A stretch of DNA of 64,000 bases from Octopus bimaculoides (taxonomy: Eukaryota), in NCBI RefSeq assembly GCF_001194135.2, contig NC_068990.1, positions 77,987,458 through 78,051,457 on the forward strand, in the 5' to 3' direction. The position numbers were made by a program, and so were the translations under genes. The notes below the pieces were generated by a model, which saw only the letters and a list, made by a program, of their open reading frames with translations, did no database searches and had not been told where the DNA came from. Of this stretch, positions 1-12,185 are shown one piece after another. The stretch's first letter is position 1. Each line of letters opens with the position of its first letter.

Positions 1-317
1 TATATATATATATAACTATGTGTATTTCTTCTATCTTAATGAATAAAAATTCTTCTGATAGAATAAATGGGTTAATAGAAACCAATGTAGCAAAGAACAC
101 AAAATAACTGTGGTTAGCTCCTGTTTTTAAGGCAGGAACTCCTTGAAATTTTGGGTATTTGAGTATATTTGAGTATATTTAAGAATTTATACATACATAT
201 ATACGTGTATAAGGGATGACCACTAGGTGGACATCCAATATGCTAGAAAGAGATCATCAATGACCCAACCACAAAGAAAAATAATGTCCTCCAGAAAAAG
301 TTCACCCTATCTATATA

Positions 318-347
<30 letters not shown>

Positions 348-348
<1 letters not shown>

Positions 349-755
349 CATCATCATCATCATCATCATCGTTTAACGTCCGTTTTCCATGCTGGCATGG
401 GTTGGATGGTTCGACTGGGGTCTGAGAAGCCAGGAGGCTGCACCAGGCCCCAATCTGATCTGACAGTGTTTCTACAGCTGGATGCCCTTCCTAACGCCAA
501 CCACTCCAAGAGTGTAGTGGGTGCTTTTTACGTGCCACCAGCACAAGGAGCCAGAGGATCTGGCATCACCCATGATCGGATGGTGCTTTTTACATGCCAC
601 CGGCATGGAAGCCAGTCAGGGCAGCACTGGCATCAGCCATGTTCAGATAGTGCTTCTTATGTGCCACTGACACGGGGCTCACAACTACAATTTCCATTTG
701 ATTTGATTTTGATATTGCTGATGTTGATGTACTTGACCTGGCATGATGAATAGAT
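348..755 (-). mobile_element. 3' UTR/tail of an RTE-clade LINE (or RTE-tailed SINE) ending in (GAT)n
   Basis: (CAT)n followed by cgtttaacgtccgttttccatgctggcatgggttgg. The same terminus recurs near 7890, 31135, 41030, 44395 and 47150 (-) and 14170-14470 and 47720-47935 (+). The copy at 7885-8560 links it to RTE coding sequence. Confidence 0.75.
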
Positions 756-1248
756 GGGGATCAAATTATAAAGGAAGGTATCATACAAGCACTTAGTCAT
801 AATCTGGGGTCTAGCAAATTGCATTGAGTTATAAGGAGCACCTAGGGTTACTTAAGGCAATCAATCCCGCTGTAATTCATCCAACCTGTAATCCTAGGTT
901 TGCTTCTCTGGATTTTAAATATTTTAGCAAGTGCATATCCAAGACAATTACAATGAATACAGAGATACATCTTCTTATTCCTTTATTTATACAATCAATT
1001 ATAGGGCATATTTTGTTTGAATTTGTCCAACATACATTTCCGTTGCATAGACAACTAGCAACTGCATTTACATCCAGCTACTTTCTATTAGTAAGCATTC
1101 TATGCAACTTTAGTCAATGTCCATCCACATATGTGCTTATATATATAAAACTTAGATAAAACTTAGATTTGTTTCGATCAAAGATTGGTCCAGGCCATGT
1201 CTAACTTAATAGCCTTGTGAGTGGGTTTGGTAGATGGAAACTGAAAGA

Positions 1249-1286
<38 letters not shown>

Positions 1287-1379
1287 GCGTGTCATACCAG
1301 TTATTTGTCCATACATCAGAAAAAAGCACTCTCTGAAAGAGAGATAAAGCTGTTGTATTTTTATGCTGTGACACAGTGT

Positions 1380-2070
1380 ATTACTAGTCAGAATGTTACC
1401 AACAGTTTCATACTTGACAATATTGACAATTCTTCAGACACACTGACCAGAATGCTCAGTTTGTCTCCTGTTCATAAAGGTCCTACTGCAAATCTAATGA
1501 AAGGCTGTCATATATCAACACAGACTTCTGCCATTTGCTTATAGTGTTTAAGGATCTTGTAAAAGGTGCCAGTAGAAGGATTTTGAAATTATCCTCAAAT
1601 AAAGATTTTTTTGACATAGTAAGTCCCCATTTCAATGAGGCTCTAGCAGCCATCGGTTCAATGCCTTCATCAATCATATGTCTAGTCATGACATCCACAA
1701 GAGAAAGTGCCACCATAAAGTGCTCTGGTTTGTTCTACATTTTTCACCTAATGTGAAAAGCTGCATCAGTTGGGCCTTCTTTAGATTAGTGGATAAGCAT
1801 TTTACAAAGGACCATATGTATAGAAGACTATTCAATCGGCATAACTTAAAGATCTTGATCAGCTATGTGCCTAGCATCAAACAAATATTTGTGAATGCCC
1901 CAAGGAGTTAACAGTGGCTACTCAGTAAATGGTCAATGCAACACAGAGGTTAGGATCTACAAAGCAATGGTGGTGTCATACCGCAACACAATATACTGGG
2001 GCAACAGTGGGTCCATTTAAAGGCAGGCTAAATAATCACAGATCCTCTTTTAGACTACGAAATCCACTCA
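1380..2070 (+). mobile_element. Penelope-like element remnant (RT thumb/linker + GIY-YIG endonuclease), frameshifted
   Basis: Successive frames give RSYCKSNERLSYINTDFCHLLIVFKDLVKGASRRILKLSSNKDFFDIVSPHFNEAL, KRKCHHKVLWFVLHFSPNVKSCISWAFFRLVDKHF..RLFNRHNLKI and YTGATVGPFKGRLNNHRSSFR. These resemble the PLE motifs WFNPPFSxNVKTNIG..LxDKHF..IFNRN and YIG...FKxRxNNHxSSF. Confidence 0.8.
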
Positions 2071-3129
2071 CAAGGCTTCAGACAGTCTATAGCAGAAAAC
2101 GTTTGCTCAAGGTACCATGCAGTGGGACTGAACCCAAAACCATGTAGTTTGGAAGCAGACTTCTTATCCCTACAACTGCATCTGTACCTGTGCATAGCTA
2201 TGCCTGCATGCACACACACACACACACACACAGATATATATATATATATATATATATANNNNNNNNNNNNNNNNNNNNNNNNNNNNNNNNNNNNNNNNNN
2301 NNNNNNNNNNNNNNNNNNNNNNNNNNNNNNNNNNNNNNNNNNNNNNNNNNNNNNNNNNNNNNNNNNNNNNNNNNNNNNNNNNNNNNNNNNNNNNNNNNNN
2401 NNNNNNNNNNNNNNNNNNNNNNNNNNNNNNNNNNNNNNNNNNNNNNNNNNNNNNNNNNNNNNNNNNNNNNNNNNNNNNNNNNNNNNNNNNNNNNNNNNNN
2501 NNNNNNNNNNNNNNNNNNNNNNNNNNNNNNNNNNNNNNNNNNNNNNNNNNNNNNNNNNNNNNNNNNNNNNNNNNNNNNNNNNNNNNNNNNNNNNNNNNNN
2601 NNNNNNNNNNNNNNNNNNNNNNNNNNNNNNNNNNNNNNNNNNNNNNNNNNNNNNNNNNNNNNNNNNNNNNNNNNNNNNNNNNNNNNNNNNNNNNNNNNNN
2701 NNNNNNNNNNNNNNNNNNNNNNNNNNNNNNNNNNNNNNNNNNNNNNNNNNNNNNNNNNNNNNNNNNNNNNNNNNNNNNNNNNNNNNNNNNNNNNNNNNNN
2801 NNNNNNNNNNNNNNNNNNNNNNNNNNNNNNNNNNNNNNNNNNNNNNNNNNNNNNNNNNNNNNNNNNNNNNNNNNNNNNNNNNNNNNNNNNNNNNNNNNNN
2901 NNNNNNNNNNNNNNNNNNNNNNNNNNNNNNNNNNNNNNNNNNNNNNNNNNNNNNNNNNNNNNNNNNNNNNNNNNNNNNNNNNNNNNNNNNNNNNNNNNNN
3001 NNNNNNNNNNNNNNNNNNNNNNNNNNNNNNNNNNNNNNNNNNNNNNNNNNNNNNNNNNNNNNNNNNATATATATAGTGACAGACAGGCAGACACAAAGAG
3101 AGACAGAGAAAAAGATACATATATACATA

Positions 3130-3130
3130 A

Positions 3131-3175
<45 letters not shown>

Positions 3176-3221
3176 TAGCGAGAGAGAGATAGCGAGAGAG
3201 AGAAAGAAAGAGATAGATAAC

Positions 3222-3270
<49 letters not shown>

Positions 3271-3319
3271 GGATGAATAGATAGATAGATGGATGGATGA
3301 ATAGATAGATAGATGGATG

Positions 3320-3408
<89 letters not shown>
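3130..3408. repeat. Compound microsatellite (GA)n-(GATA)n
   Basis: Directly visible. Other long simple repeats: (CAT)n 11295-11420, (ATT)n 19255-19340, (TA)n 21775-21850, (GAT)n(GAC)n 32795-32905, (CCA)n-like 32960-33075, (TC)n 55125-55235, (GT)n 61270-61370, (GACA)n 63945-64000. Confidence 0.95.
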
Positions 3409-3409
<1 letters not shown>

Positions 3410-3983
3410 CCCATGTGTATTTGAAATATTTTTCTATATGTACACATACAAAATAACGGCAATCACTTGAAAAAGTAAAGTGAAGAATTAAAGAATAAAG
3501 ATCACATGAATAAAATCAAACAGATGTAAGTGGAACATAAATACATGAGTGGCAGGGGGGAAGAAAGGGGGGGATGTTTTATATCATGTGTGGAATCAAG
3601 TTGGTGGTGTATTATGTTCAATTAAATTGGCAGTTCTTCTTACTGAACACTGTTTTGAGAAGTTAGTATCAGCAGAACATCAAAGTAAACAGTCTCCATT
3701 GATAGTAAATAATATTTTGAGTGAAGTCAGTACTCCAGTATTGAGTCCTTGATGCAGCTCATGTTGAATGTACTAAAGTATACAAACCCATAAAGCAAGT
3801 GATTTTGCACCCAACACACACACACACACACACACATAGATATGTGTATGTATATAAATATGTGTGTGTATATATGTATATATATATATATATATATATA
3901 CCACGTGTGTTCCATTTGATTTATTATCTGATAATATACATAGGTATGTATGTATGTATGTATGTAGGTGTATTAATATGAAT

Positions 3984-4022
<39 letters not shown>

Positions 4023-7000
4023 TATTAATATGTATGCATGTATATANNNNNNNNNNNNNNNNNNNNNNNNNNNNNNNNNNNNNNNNNNNNNNNNNNNNNN
4101 NNNNNNNNNNNNNNNNNNNNNNNNNNNNNNNNNNNNNNNNNNNNNNNNNNNNNNNNNNNNNNNNNNNNNNNNNNNNNNNNNNNNNNNNNNNNNNNNNNNN
4201 NNNNNNNNNNNNNNNNNNNNNNNNNNNNNNNNNNNNNNNNNNNNNNNNNNNNNNNNNNNNNNNNNNNNNNNNNNNNNNNNNNNNNNNNNNNNTATAGTGA
4301 AATCGAAATCGAGTTAAATTTGATGACTTGCACCCATGCCAACGTCGTCTCCTTCATTGGGGCACGAAACTCAGCTTGCGAAGACTTATTGGGGTAAGCG
4401 AAAGCAAAATTGTGATGGTACCTGTGCCCAGCATCGCCTTTCTGGCACTTGTGCCCGCGGCATGTGTAAGGACTTTTCAGCGAGGTTGTTGCCAGTGCCC
4501 TTGGACTGGCTCTTGTGTGGGTGGCACATAAAATACACCATTTTGAGCGTGGCCGTTGCCAGTACCGCCTGACTGGCCTTCGTGCGGGTGACATGTAAAA
4601 ACACCCACTACACTCTCTGCGTAGTTGGCGTTAGGAAGGGCAAGAATATCAAAACACTACCAGCATATTGGTCAATCCTGAAAGAATGAAAGGCAGATTT
4701 GGTGGGATTCGAACTCTGAAAGTAAGCACACATAACTAAATACTGCAGATACTTTATCCAACTCTCTGACAATTTTATGGTAAAAATAGTAAGGGGGGAT
4801 GGACACAGCTGGAATGCCAGTCAAATTATGAAAATAAAGATGTTATTTGTTTTCTCTCAGAACAAATATTATATTCAACCAAGTTAATCCTGATTTTAAT
4901 GACAGTTTAGTTTAATATGTCTACTGGCAGACAAGACTATTTTAGAAGACGCATTTTGGCAAGAGTAATGTTTATCATTCTAAACTTTTATGACAACATA
5001 TTAGTTTTGACATGAGACTCTTCTTTGCCACATGTTTCCACATTGATTTCTACATATATAACAATTCAGCTCAAAACAAATTTTCATATGTAAACTTCAC
5101 TTGTCTCTCTCTACATGTTCTTTTATGTATCTCTCATTCTCATGTGTCTTCCTTTGTGTTCCCATGTTTGTGTGTTTCTCTTCATGTAAACTTTCCAATT
5201 GCCACTCTAAGTATTGCTAAGGATCCCCCCATGAGTCTCCTGGCATATTCCTATAAAAATTACTCTATGTATTTCCATGCTTGCTTCCATGTCTCTTGAT
5301 GCATTCCTTTTGGTATCTCTCCACATGTTTCATAGAACTCTCTCTCTCTCTGAGTATCCTCATCTCTTCCCATAAATAATAGTCCATGTACCTCATGTGT
5401 TTCCCCAAAAGTCTGTCCAATATGTCTATTTATGTGTTACTAGATGAATCTGTTGGTGGGAATTTCTACGTGTCTCTCTACATACATTTCATCTTAACAC
5501 GGCCTTAGATGTCATTCCATGTGTTTGTCCATATGTATAACCATGTCTTGCTCTCCTTTACAGTTTTTCTCTCTAAGTAAATGTATGCCACGTAAAAAAA
5601 GAACCCATACCATGCTGTAAAGTGGTTAGCATTAGAAAGGGCTCACCCCCGATATATATATATATGCATGAATAGATTTATGCATATATATATATATATA
5701 TATATATATANNNNNNNNNNNNNNNNNNNNNNNNNNNNNNNNNNNNNNNNNNNNNNNNNNNNNNNNNNNNNNNNNNNNNNNNNNNNNNNNNNNNNNNNNN
5801 NNNNNNNNNNNNNNNNNNNNNNNNNNNNNNNNNNNNNNNNNNNNNNNNNNNNNNNNNNNNNNNNNNNNNNNNNNNNNNNNNNNNNNNNNNNNNNNNNNNN
5901 NNNNNNNNNNNNNNNNNNNNNNNNNNNNNNNNNNNNNNNNNNNNNNNNNNNNNNNNNNNNNNNNNNNNNNNNNNNNNNNNNNNNNNNNNNNNNNNNNNNN
6001 NNNNNNNNNNNNNNNNNNNNNNNNNNNNNNNNNNNNNNNNNNNNNNNNNNNNNNNNNNNNNNNNNNNNNNNNNNNNNNNNNNNNNNNNNNNNNNNNNNNN
6101 NNNNNNNNNNNNNNNNNNNNNNNNNNNNNNNNNNNNNNNNNNNNNNNNNNNNNNNNNNNNNNNNNNNNNNNNNNNNNNNNNNNNNNNNNNNNNNNNNNNN
6201 NNNNNNNNNNNNNNNNNNNNNNNNNNNNNNNNNNNNNNNNNNNNNNNNNNNNNNNNNNNNNNNNNNNNNNNNNNNNNNNNNNNNNNNNNNNNNNNNNNNN
6301 NNNNNNNNNNNNNNNNNNNNNNNNNNNNNNNNNNNNNNNNNNNNNNNNNNNNNNNNNNNNNNNNNNNNNNNNNNNNNNNNNNNNNNNNNNNNATATATAT
6401 ATATATATATATATATATACCTATGTACATATATGCATATGTATGTGTGTATATGTATATGTGCATGAATGTTTATGTGTTTGTTTTTATATTTCACCAT
6501 TCAACAACTGGGTGTTGTTCTTGTAACTTAACTGCTTCACTAAAAATCCCAATAAACTAAGTGAAGCTCTTAAACATGTGTATTAGGGTCAACATGCCTG
6601 ACTAAACCCTCCAATGCAGTGCTCCAACATGGTCACAGTCCAAGAACTGCAACAACTAAAAGTACAAAAGAATATAGTGTGCATTTGTGTGTGTTCTGTA
6701 AGGTCCGTGTATTCGTATGTTTTTCAATGGGTCTATAATCCTCTCCAAATATCTCTCCATGTATTGTTCCATGAATCTTTCTATGTTTATCTTTCTTGTT
6801 GTTTATGTTGTTTTAACTCCAGTTCAGCTTTGACTAATTAATGATCAACAATATTCCTGCCATGACAATCCCTCCTTTTGAGATATAGCTTTTCTCCGAC
6901 CAAATTATCTAATGTCCTTCATTTTTACCTGTTTATAAGAGATAGCAATACATTATCTTAGAGACATTTTGTTATTTTTAACAGATCAAGCAATGACATA

Positions 7001-7637
7001 GTGATTTGATTCCATGTATCTCTCCCTGCCACATTATCATTTGCCTTCTCCATATCTTCACATTTATTCATCTGTCTTCGTATTTCTCTATATATCTCAT
7101 CTACTTGTCTTCAAATGCATCTCTTCTTGTGTCTTCCGAATCCTTAGAGTGTCAAAGAACATACACCACGATATTTAGCTATGGCTCTTTATGTACTCAG
7201 TTTAAATTCCACCATTTGCATGCCTTTCATTCTTATGGAATTAATAAAATTACGAATCAGTTATGTACTGCAGTACATTTAATTAACTAAACTCCTTCCT
7301 TAAATTTGTGGCCTTACACCAATGTTAGAAACAATTTTCTATTATTGTTAATAATTGGCACTGGCATGGCTGTGTGGTTAAGAAACTTGCTTTCCAACTA
7401 TGTCGCCTTGGGTTCAGTCCCACTGACTGGTAACTTGGACAAATGTCTTCTCCTACATCCCAGGGTCAACCAAAGCCTTGTGAGTAAATTTGGTAGATGG
7501 AAAATGAAGAAGCTTGATATATAAACAGACAGGCAGATAGGTATATTTTGATTAGGCATTGTGTGACTAATAACCTGGTGTAGAACTCAATACATGTAAG
7601 TTTTTGAACGAAGTGTTAATCAGGAACAGAGCAGTAA

Positions 7638-7879
7638 TAAGAAAAGAGATGACAAAGGAATAAATGATTATCTTATGAACTTCATTAGCTTACAGCTTTT
7701 TCTGTAATAAGATGCAATGGACTCATAGCTGAGTATCTGAGTAACACCTTACATGTTTGTGGCTCAGATGAAATTGTGAGGTACTCAACTATGAGTCTAC
7801 CACACCTTATAGTGGAAATAACTGTAAGTTAAGGAAGTTCATAAGATAATCCATTATTCCTTTGTCAACTCTTTCCTTA
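7638..7879. repeat. Fold-back element with long imperfect inverted arms
   Basis: aagaaaagagatgacaaaggaataaatgattatcttatgaacttc pairs with gaagttcataagataatccattattcctttgtcaactctttcctt; inner arms ggactcatagctgagta / tactcaactatgagtct. Confidence 0.8.
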
Positions 7880-7884
7880 TATAT

Positions 7885-8560
7885 ACATATCATCATCATC
7901 ATCGTCACCATCATTTAACGTCCATTTTCCATGCTGACATGGGTTGGGTGGTTTGGCAGGAGCTGACCAGCTGAAGAGCTATTCAAGCTCCATGTCTGTT
8001 TTGGTATGGTTTCTATGGCTGGATGCCCTTCCTAACACCAACCACCTTACAGAGTGGACTGAGTGTTTTTACGCAGCAGCAGCAGTATGAGTGCTTTTCA
8101 CATGGCACCAGCACCTACAAGACCACAAGATTAGGGATGCTCACCTGGAGAGGGTTGCAGGGGACATGACTGTATGCAAGAGCAACCATGCTTTTACTTA
8201 GCTTGATATGTCCCTTCAAGCACAGCAAACCACCAGGAGTCTTGCTCCACTGTCATCCTCTCTGTGAGTCCTAATGTTTGTAGATCCTTTCTCACCACTT
8301 CATCCCACGTCTTCCTGGGGCCACCCCTTCCACATGTTCCCTCTACAATTAGAGATTTGCATCTCTTGATGCAAACTATTTTCATTCATATGCATTATAT
8401 GGCCATACCAGCACAGTCTTTTCTCTTGCACACTGCATCTGATGCCTTGCATACACAGAGAGTTTTTTCTCTCAAATTACTTATGCACACTGACATTACC
8501 CATCCAGCGAAGCATGTGTTTATGTGTACCCTTGTTTAGACATCATATGAGGGTTGCAAA
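7885..8560 (-). mobile_element. 5'-truncated RTE-clade LINE (ORF C-terminus + 3' UTR + (GAT)n tail)
   Basis: Minus strand reads VEGTCGRGGPRKTWDEVVRKDLQTLGL, the RTE C-terminal GRPRKTW motif, and is followed by the shared 3' UTR and tail. Confidence 0.82.
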
Positions 8561-9599
8561 TGATGATTCTCGTCACACAAGGGAAATTGTTTGTTTCCAG
8601 TCTTCCATGGAAAAACATGATTAGCTGTGGGGAAATATTACCTAACTTGGAAACAGGTATGAGTTGGCAACAGGATTGACCTCAAGTCATAGAAAATCTA
8701 CCTCAACAAGTCTCATTTGACCCAAGCAAGCATGTATAAGTGGATATTAAATGATGATTAAATGATGATGATTAATGGTTTTATTTCCTCTACCAGAAAT
8801 CATTGTGGAGGGGCAATGGCCCAGTGATTAGGGCAGCAGACTCATGGTCGGAGGATCGCAGTTTCAAATCCCAGACCGAGTGTTGTGAGTGTTTATTGAG
8901 TAAAAACACCTAAAGCTCCATGAGGCTCCGGCAGGGGATGGTGGCGACTCCTGTTGTACTCTTTCGCCCCAACTTTCTCTCAGTCTTTTTTCCTGTTTCC
9001 TGAGTAACGCTGCAATGGACTGGCATCCCATCCAGCTGGGGGGAACACATATGCCATAGAAACCGGGAAACCGGGCCCATGAGCCTGGCTAGGCTTTAGA
9101 AGGGCGCATAAATAAAATAAAACCAAAATCATTAATACAAGTTTGTTAAGATCACATATTTTCTTGGTGTAAATTCTCCACAATTTATTTCTTTTCTTTT
9201 GTATTATGTCATAGTACTGTCAATGTCTTGAACTCTTGCAGACAGAAAAAAAAATTAGTATTATTTTTTCTTCAGTAATTCCGTGCAAATTTCTATAGTA
9301 CTTCCTGGTGCACCTCTGTGTTCCTAAAGTGTGTGCAGCAGTGTGTTCTTAATTATGTGAGCATTGCAGGGAGAAGAAGAGAGTTTAGATTCCTCCTGTT
9401 GGTGTATTGTATCAGTTAGGATATTTTTTGAGGACTTGGTTCATGTTATATGAGTGCTTGTTCCATTGTGTGTGGTGTGAGTAATGTAGATGGTGTTATA
9501 TTATTGAACTTTCATCTTGTATAATATATGTTGCAGGAATTGTATTGTTTTAGATTATTAGGTGCTTATTGCATTGAGTATGTGTTGTGTTTAATGATT

Positions 9600-11045
9600 A
9601 TTCTATTGTTATCATCATCATCGTCATCGTCGTCATCATGACTATTGGTATTATTTTTCCTTCGTAACTGTGTAGGTAAAAATGCACCAGAATCTTTAGT
9701 CATTTGTCAAGTCACAAGGACCTCAGACAGATGATATTTTCCTTAAGATGTATGTTGTATCCAATAAGACTGCTTTTTGCAAGACATCAATCTTGCATGG
9801 GATTTCCAGTTGCCTTAAGAAGTTTTGAAGTTTCAATGGGATTGAGTCCAACTCTCCGATCACCACTGGTATCACTTTTACATTACCCTCTTGCATTCCA
9901 TACAGTCTTGCCATTTCCACTTTCAATTCAGAGTACTTGGTGATTTTTTCAACTTCTTTATTCACAACATTCATGTCATTTGGTATGGCTACATCAATGA
10001 TCTGACAGTATTTGTCTCTCTTATTCACTATGACAATATCCGGCCGACGGTGTTCGATTACACGATCCATCTGAAAATCATAGTCCCGGAGTATTGTTAC
10101 TTTTCCATCCTCCTGCATAACTTTACTTGATACATGCTCATACCAGTTCTTTGATACTTCAAATTGGTATTTACAGCATAAGAGCCAATGAAGATACACA
10201 CACACTTTATCACAGCAGCGTTTGTATTTTTGGGGGCAAGGCTCTCATATCCACTTACCAAGTGGGTTACATTTTCCACACTCTTTCCACAGATTCTGCA
10301 TTTCTGGGTGTCAGAAGTTTTATAGGTGTTATGCTTCACTGAATTGGTAGCAAGAGCCTGATCTTTTGCAGCAAGGATCAGGTTTTTTATGATACACTTC
10401 AAATCACCTCACTCAAGCCATGCCCACGATGCCGTATTATCCTTAACGTCTTGTGTATGCCTTTCAAACTGTCCATGCATTTTCATTTCAAGAAGGTCTT
10501 CTTTTCTCTTCTCCTCAGCTCTCTGGTTAAACTCTTCCTTGCCCATCATTTCATCTACATTTACACCCATATCTTTGATGACATATTGCAGCAGGTCTTC
10601 ATCACTATTTATCAAATACTCAGCAAGCATTCTCCTTTCACTCCTTATATAATGGTCTATACTAATTACTCCTCTTCCACCATTCTTTCTTTTTATATAC
10701 AGTCTGTTTACGTTTGCTTTAGTGTGTAGTACCCCATGCAGCATCATCAACTTTCTCATCCTTCTGTCCAGTGTTGATATTTCCTCCTTAGTCCATTTGA
10801 GGATGGATGCACTATATCTGACCACCGCAACTGCCCCGATATTCATTGCGGTAATCAAATTTTAGGCAATCAGGTTGGATTTCAACACCATCTTCACCCT
10901 TTTTTTGATATGCCTCGCTGACCTTGACTTTCATTTCTCTGTGTAGAATGTCATCCAGCTCCAAAATCCCTAAATATCTATACCCACTACCGTTGGGTTC
11001 ACCCATGGTCTCTCCTGATGGTAACCACAATCCTCTGCAGGCTGA
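9600..11045 (-). mobile_element. R4/Dong-like non-LTR retrotransposon (RT C-terminus, CCHC knuckle, restriction-like endonuclease), 5'-truncated and frameshifted
   Basis: YRYLGILE; LHTKANVNRLYIKRKNGGRGV; CRICGKSVENVTHLVSG; RRPDIVIV..QIIDVAIPND...KYSEL (PD-(D/E)xK). The 5' junction abuts (TTA)n at about 11045-11080. Confidence 0.9.
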
Positions 11046-11372
11046 TTATTATTATTGTTATTATTATTATTAATATTATTAAGGCAGCAAGCTGGTAGAA
11101 TCGTTAGCATACCATGCAAATGCTTAGCAGCATTTCATCTGTCATAATGTTCTAAGTTCCAATCCCACCGAGCTTGATTCTGCTTTTCGTCCTTTCAGGG
11201 TCAATAAAATAAGTAGCAGCAGAATATTCGGGTCAGTTTAAATTGACTTATCTCCCTCCCTCAAAATTGCTGGCCTTGTGCCAAAATTTGAAATCATCAT
11301 CATTATCATCCTCACCATCATCCTCATCATCACCATCACCACCATCATCATCATCATCATCATCATCACCAC

Positions 11373-11417
<45 letters not shown>

Positions 11418-11732
11418 TATTCTGCTGAGGCCAATTTTGCTTTTCATACTTTTGGGGTTGGTAAATTATACTGGGGACAATATAATCGACTTACCTCAAT
11501 CCCCTTGTGCCTATAGCAGGAAGAATTATTATTTACACTTTTACACTTTTACACTTTTATTTGTATCAGCCATTTCAACTGTGGCCATGCTGGAGCACTG
11601 CCTTTTAGTTGAAGAAATCGTCCCCCCCCCCCACCAGGACTTATGCTGAACCACTAAGTTATGGGGACGTAAACACACCAAGATCAGTTGTCAAGTGATG
11701 GTGGAGGGACAAACACAGACACAAACACACAA

Positions 11733-11781
<49 letters not shown>

Positions 11782-12122
11782 ACAGGGTTCTTTCAGTTTC
11801 TGTCTACCAAATCCACTCATAAGGCTTTAGTCAGCCTAAAGCTATAGAAGAAGACATTTGCCCAAAGTACCACACAGTGGGAGCGAACCCAGAACCATGT
11901 GGTTGGGAAGCAAGCTTCTTACCACACAGCTACGCTTGTGCCTGTTGTTATTATTATTATTCATCTATCTTTACATTCTGAGTTCAAATTCTGCTGAGGT
12001 CAATTTTGCTTTTCCTCCTTTTAGTGTTGATAAAATAAATACCAGCTGAGTACAGGAATTGATATAATTAACTAGCATCTCCCTCAAAATTTCAGGCCTT
12101 GTGCCTTTAGTAGAAAAGATAA

Positions 12123-12185
<63 letters not shown>

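Noticed and set aside
824-1159. ORF with faint similarity to the PLE linker (IGHILFEFVQHTFPLHRQL)
   Set aside because: Too degenerate to call by eye; it may be an older PLE fragment but needs a profile search.
2055-6500. Long ORFs in the supplied track here and around other gaps
   Set aside because: They are made of X residues from N-runs plus (TA)n/(CA)n translations, so they are artefacts.
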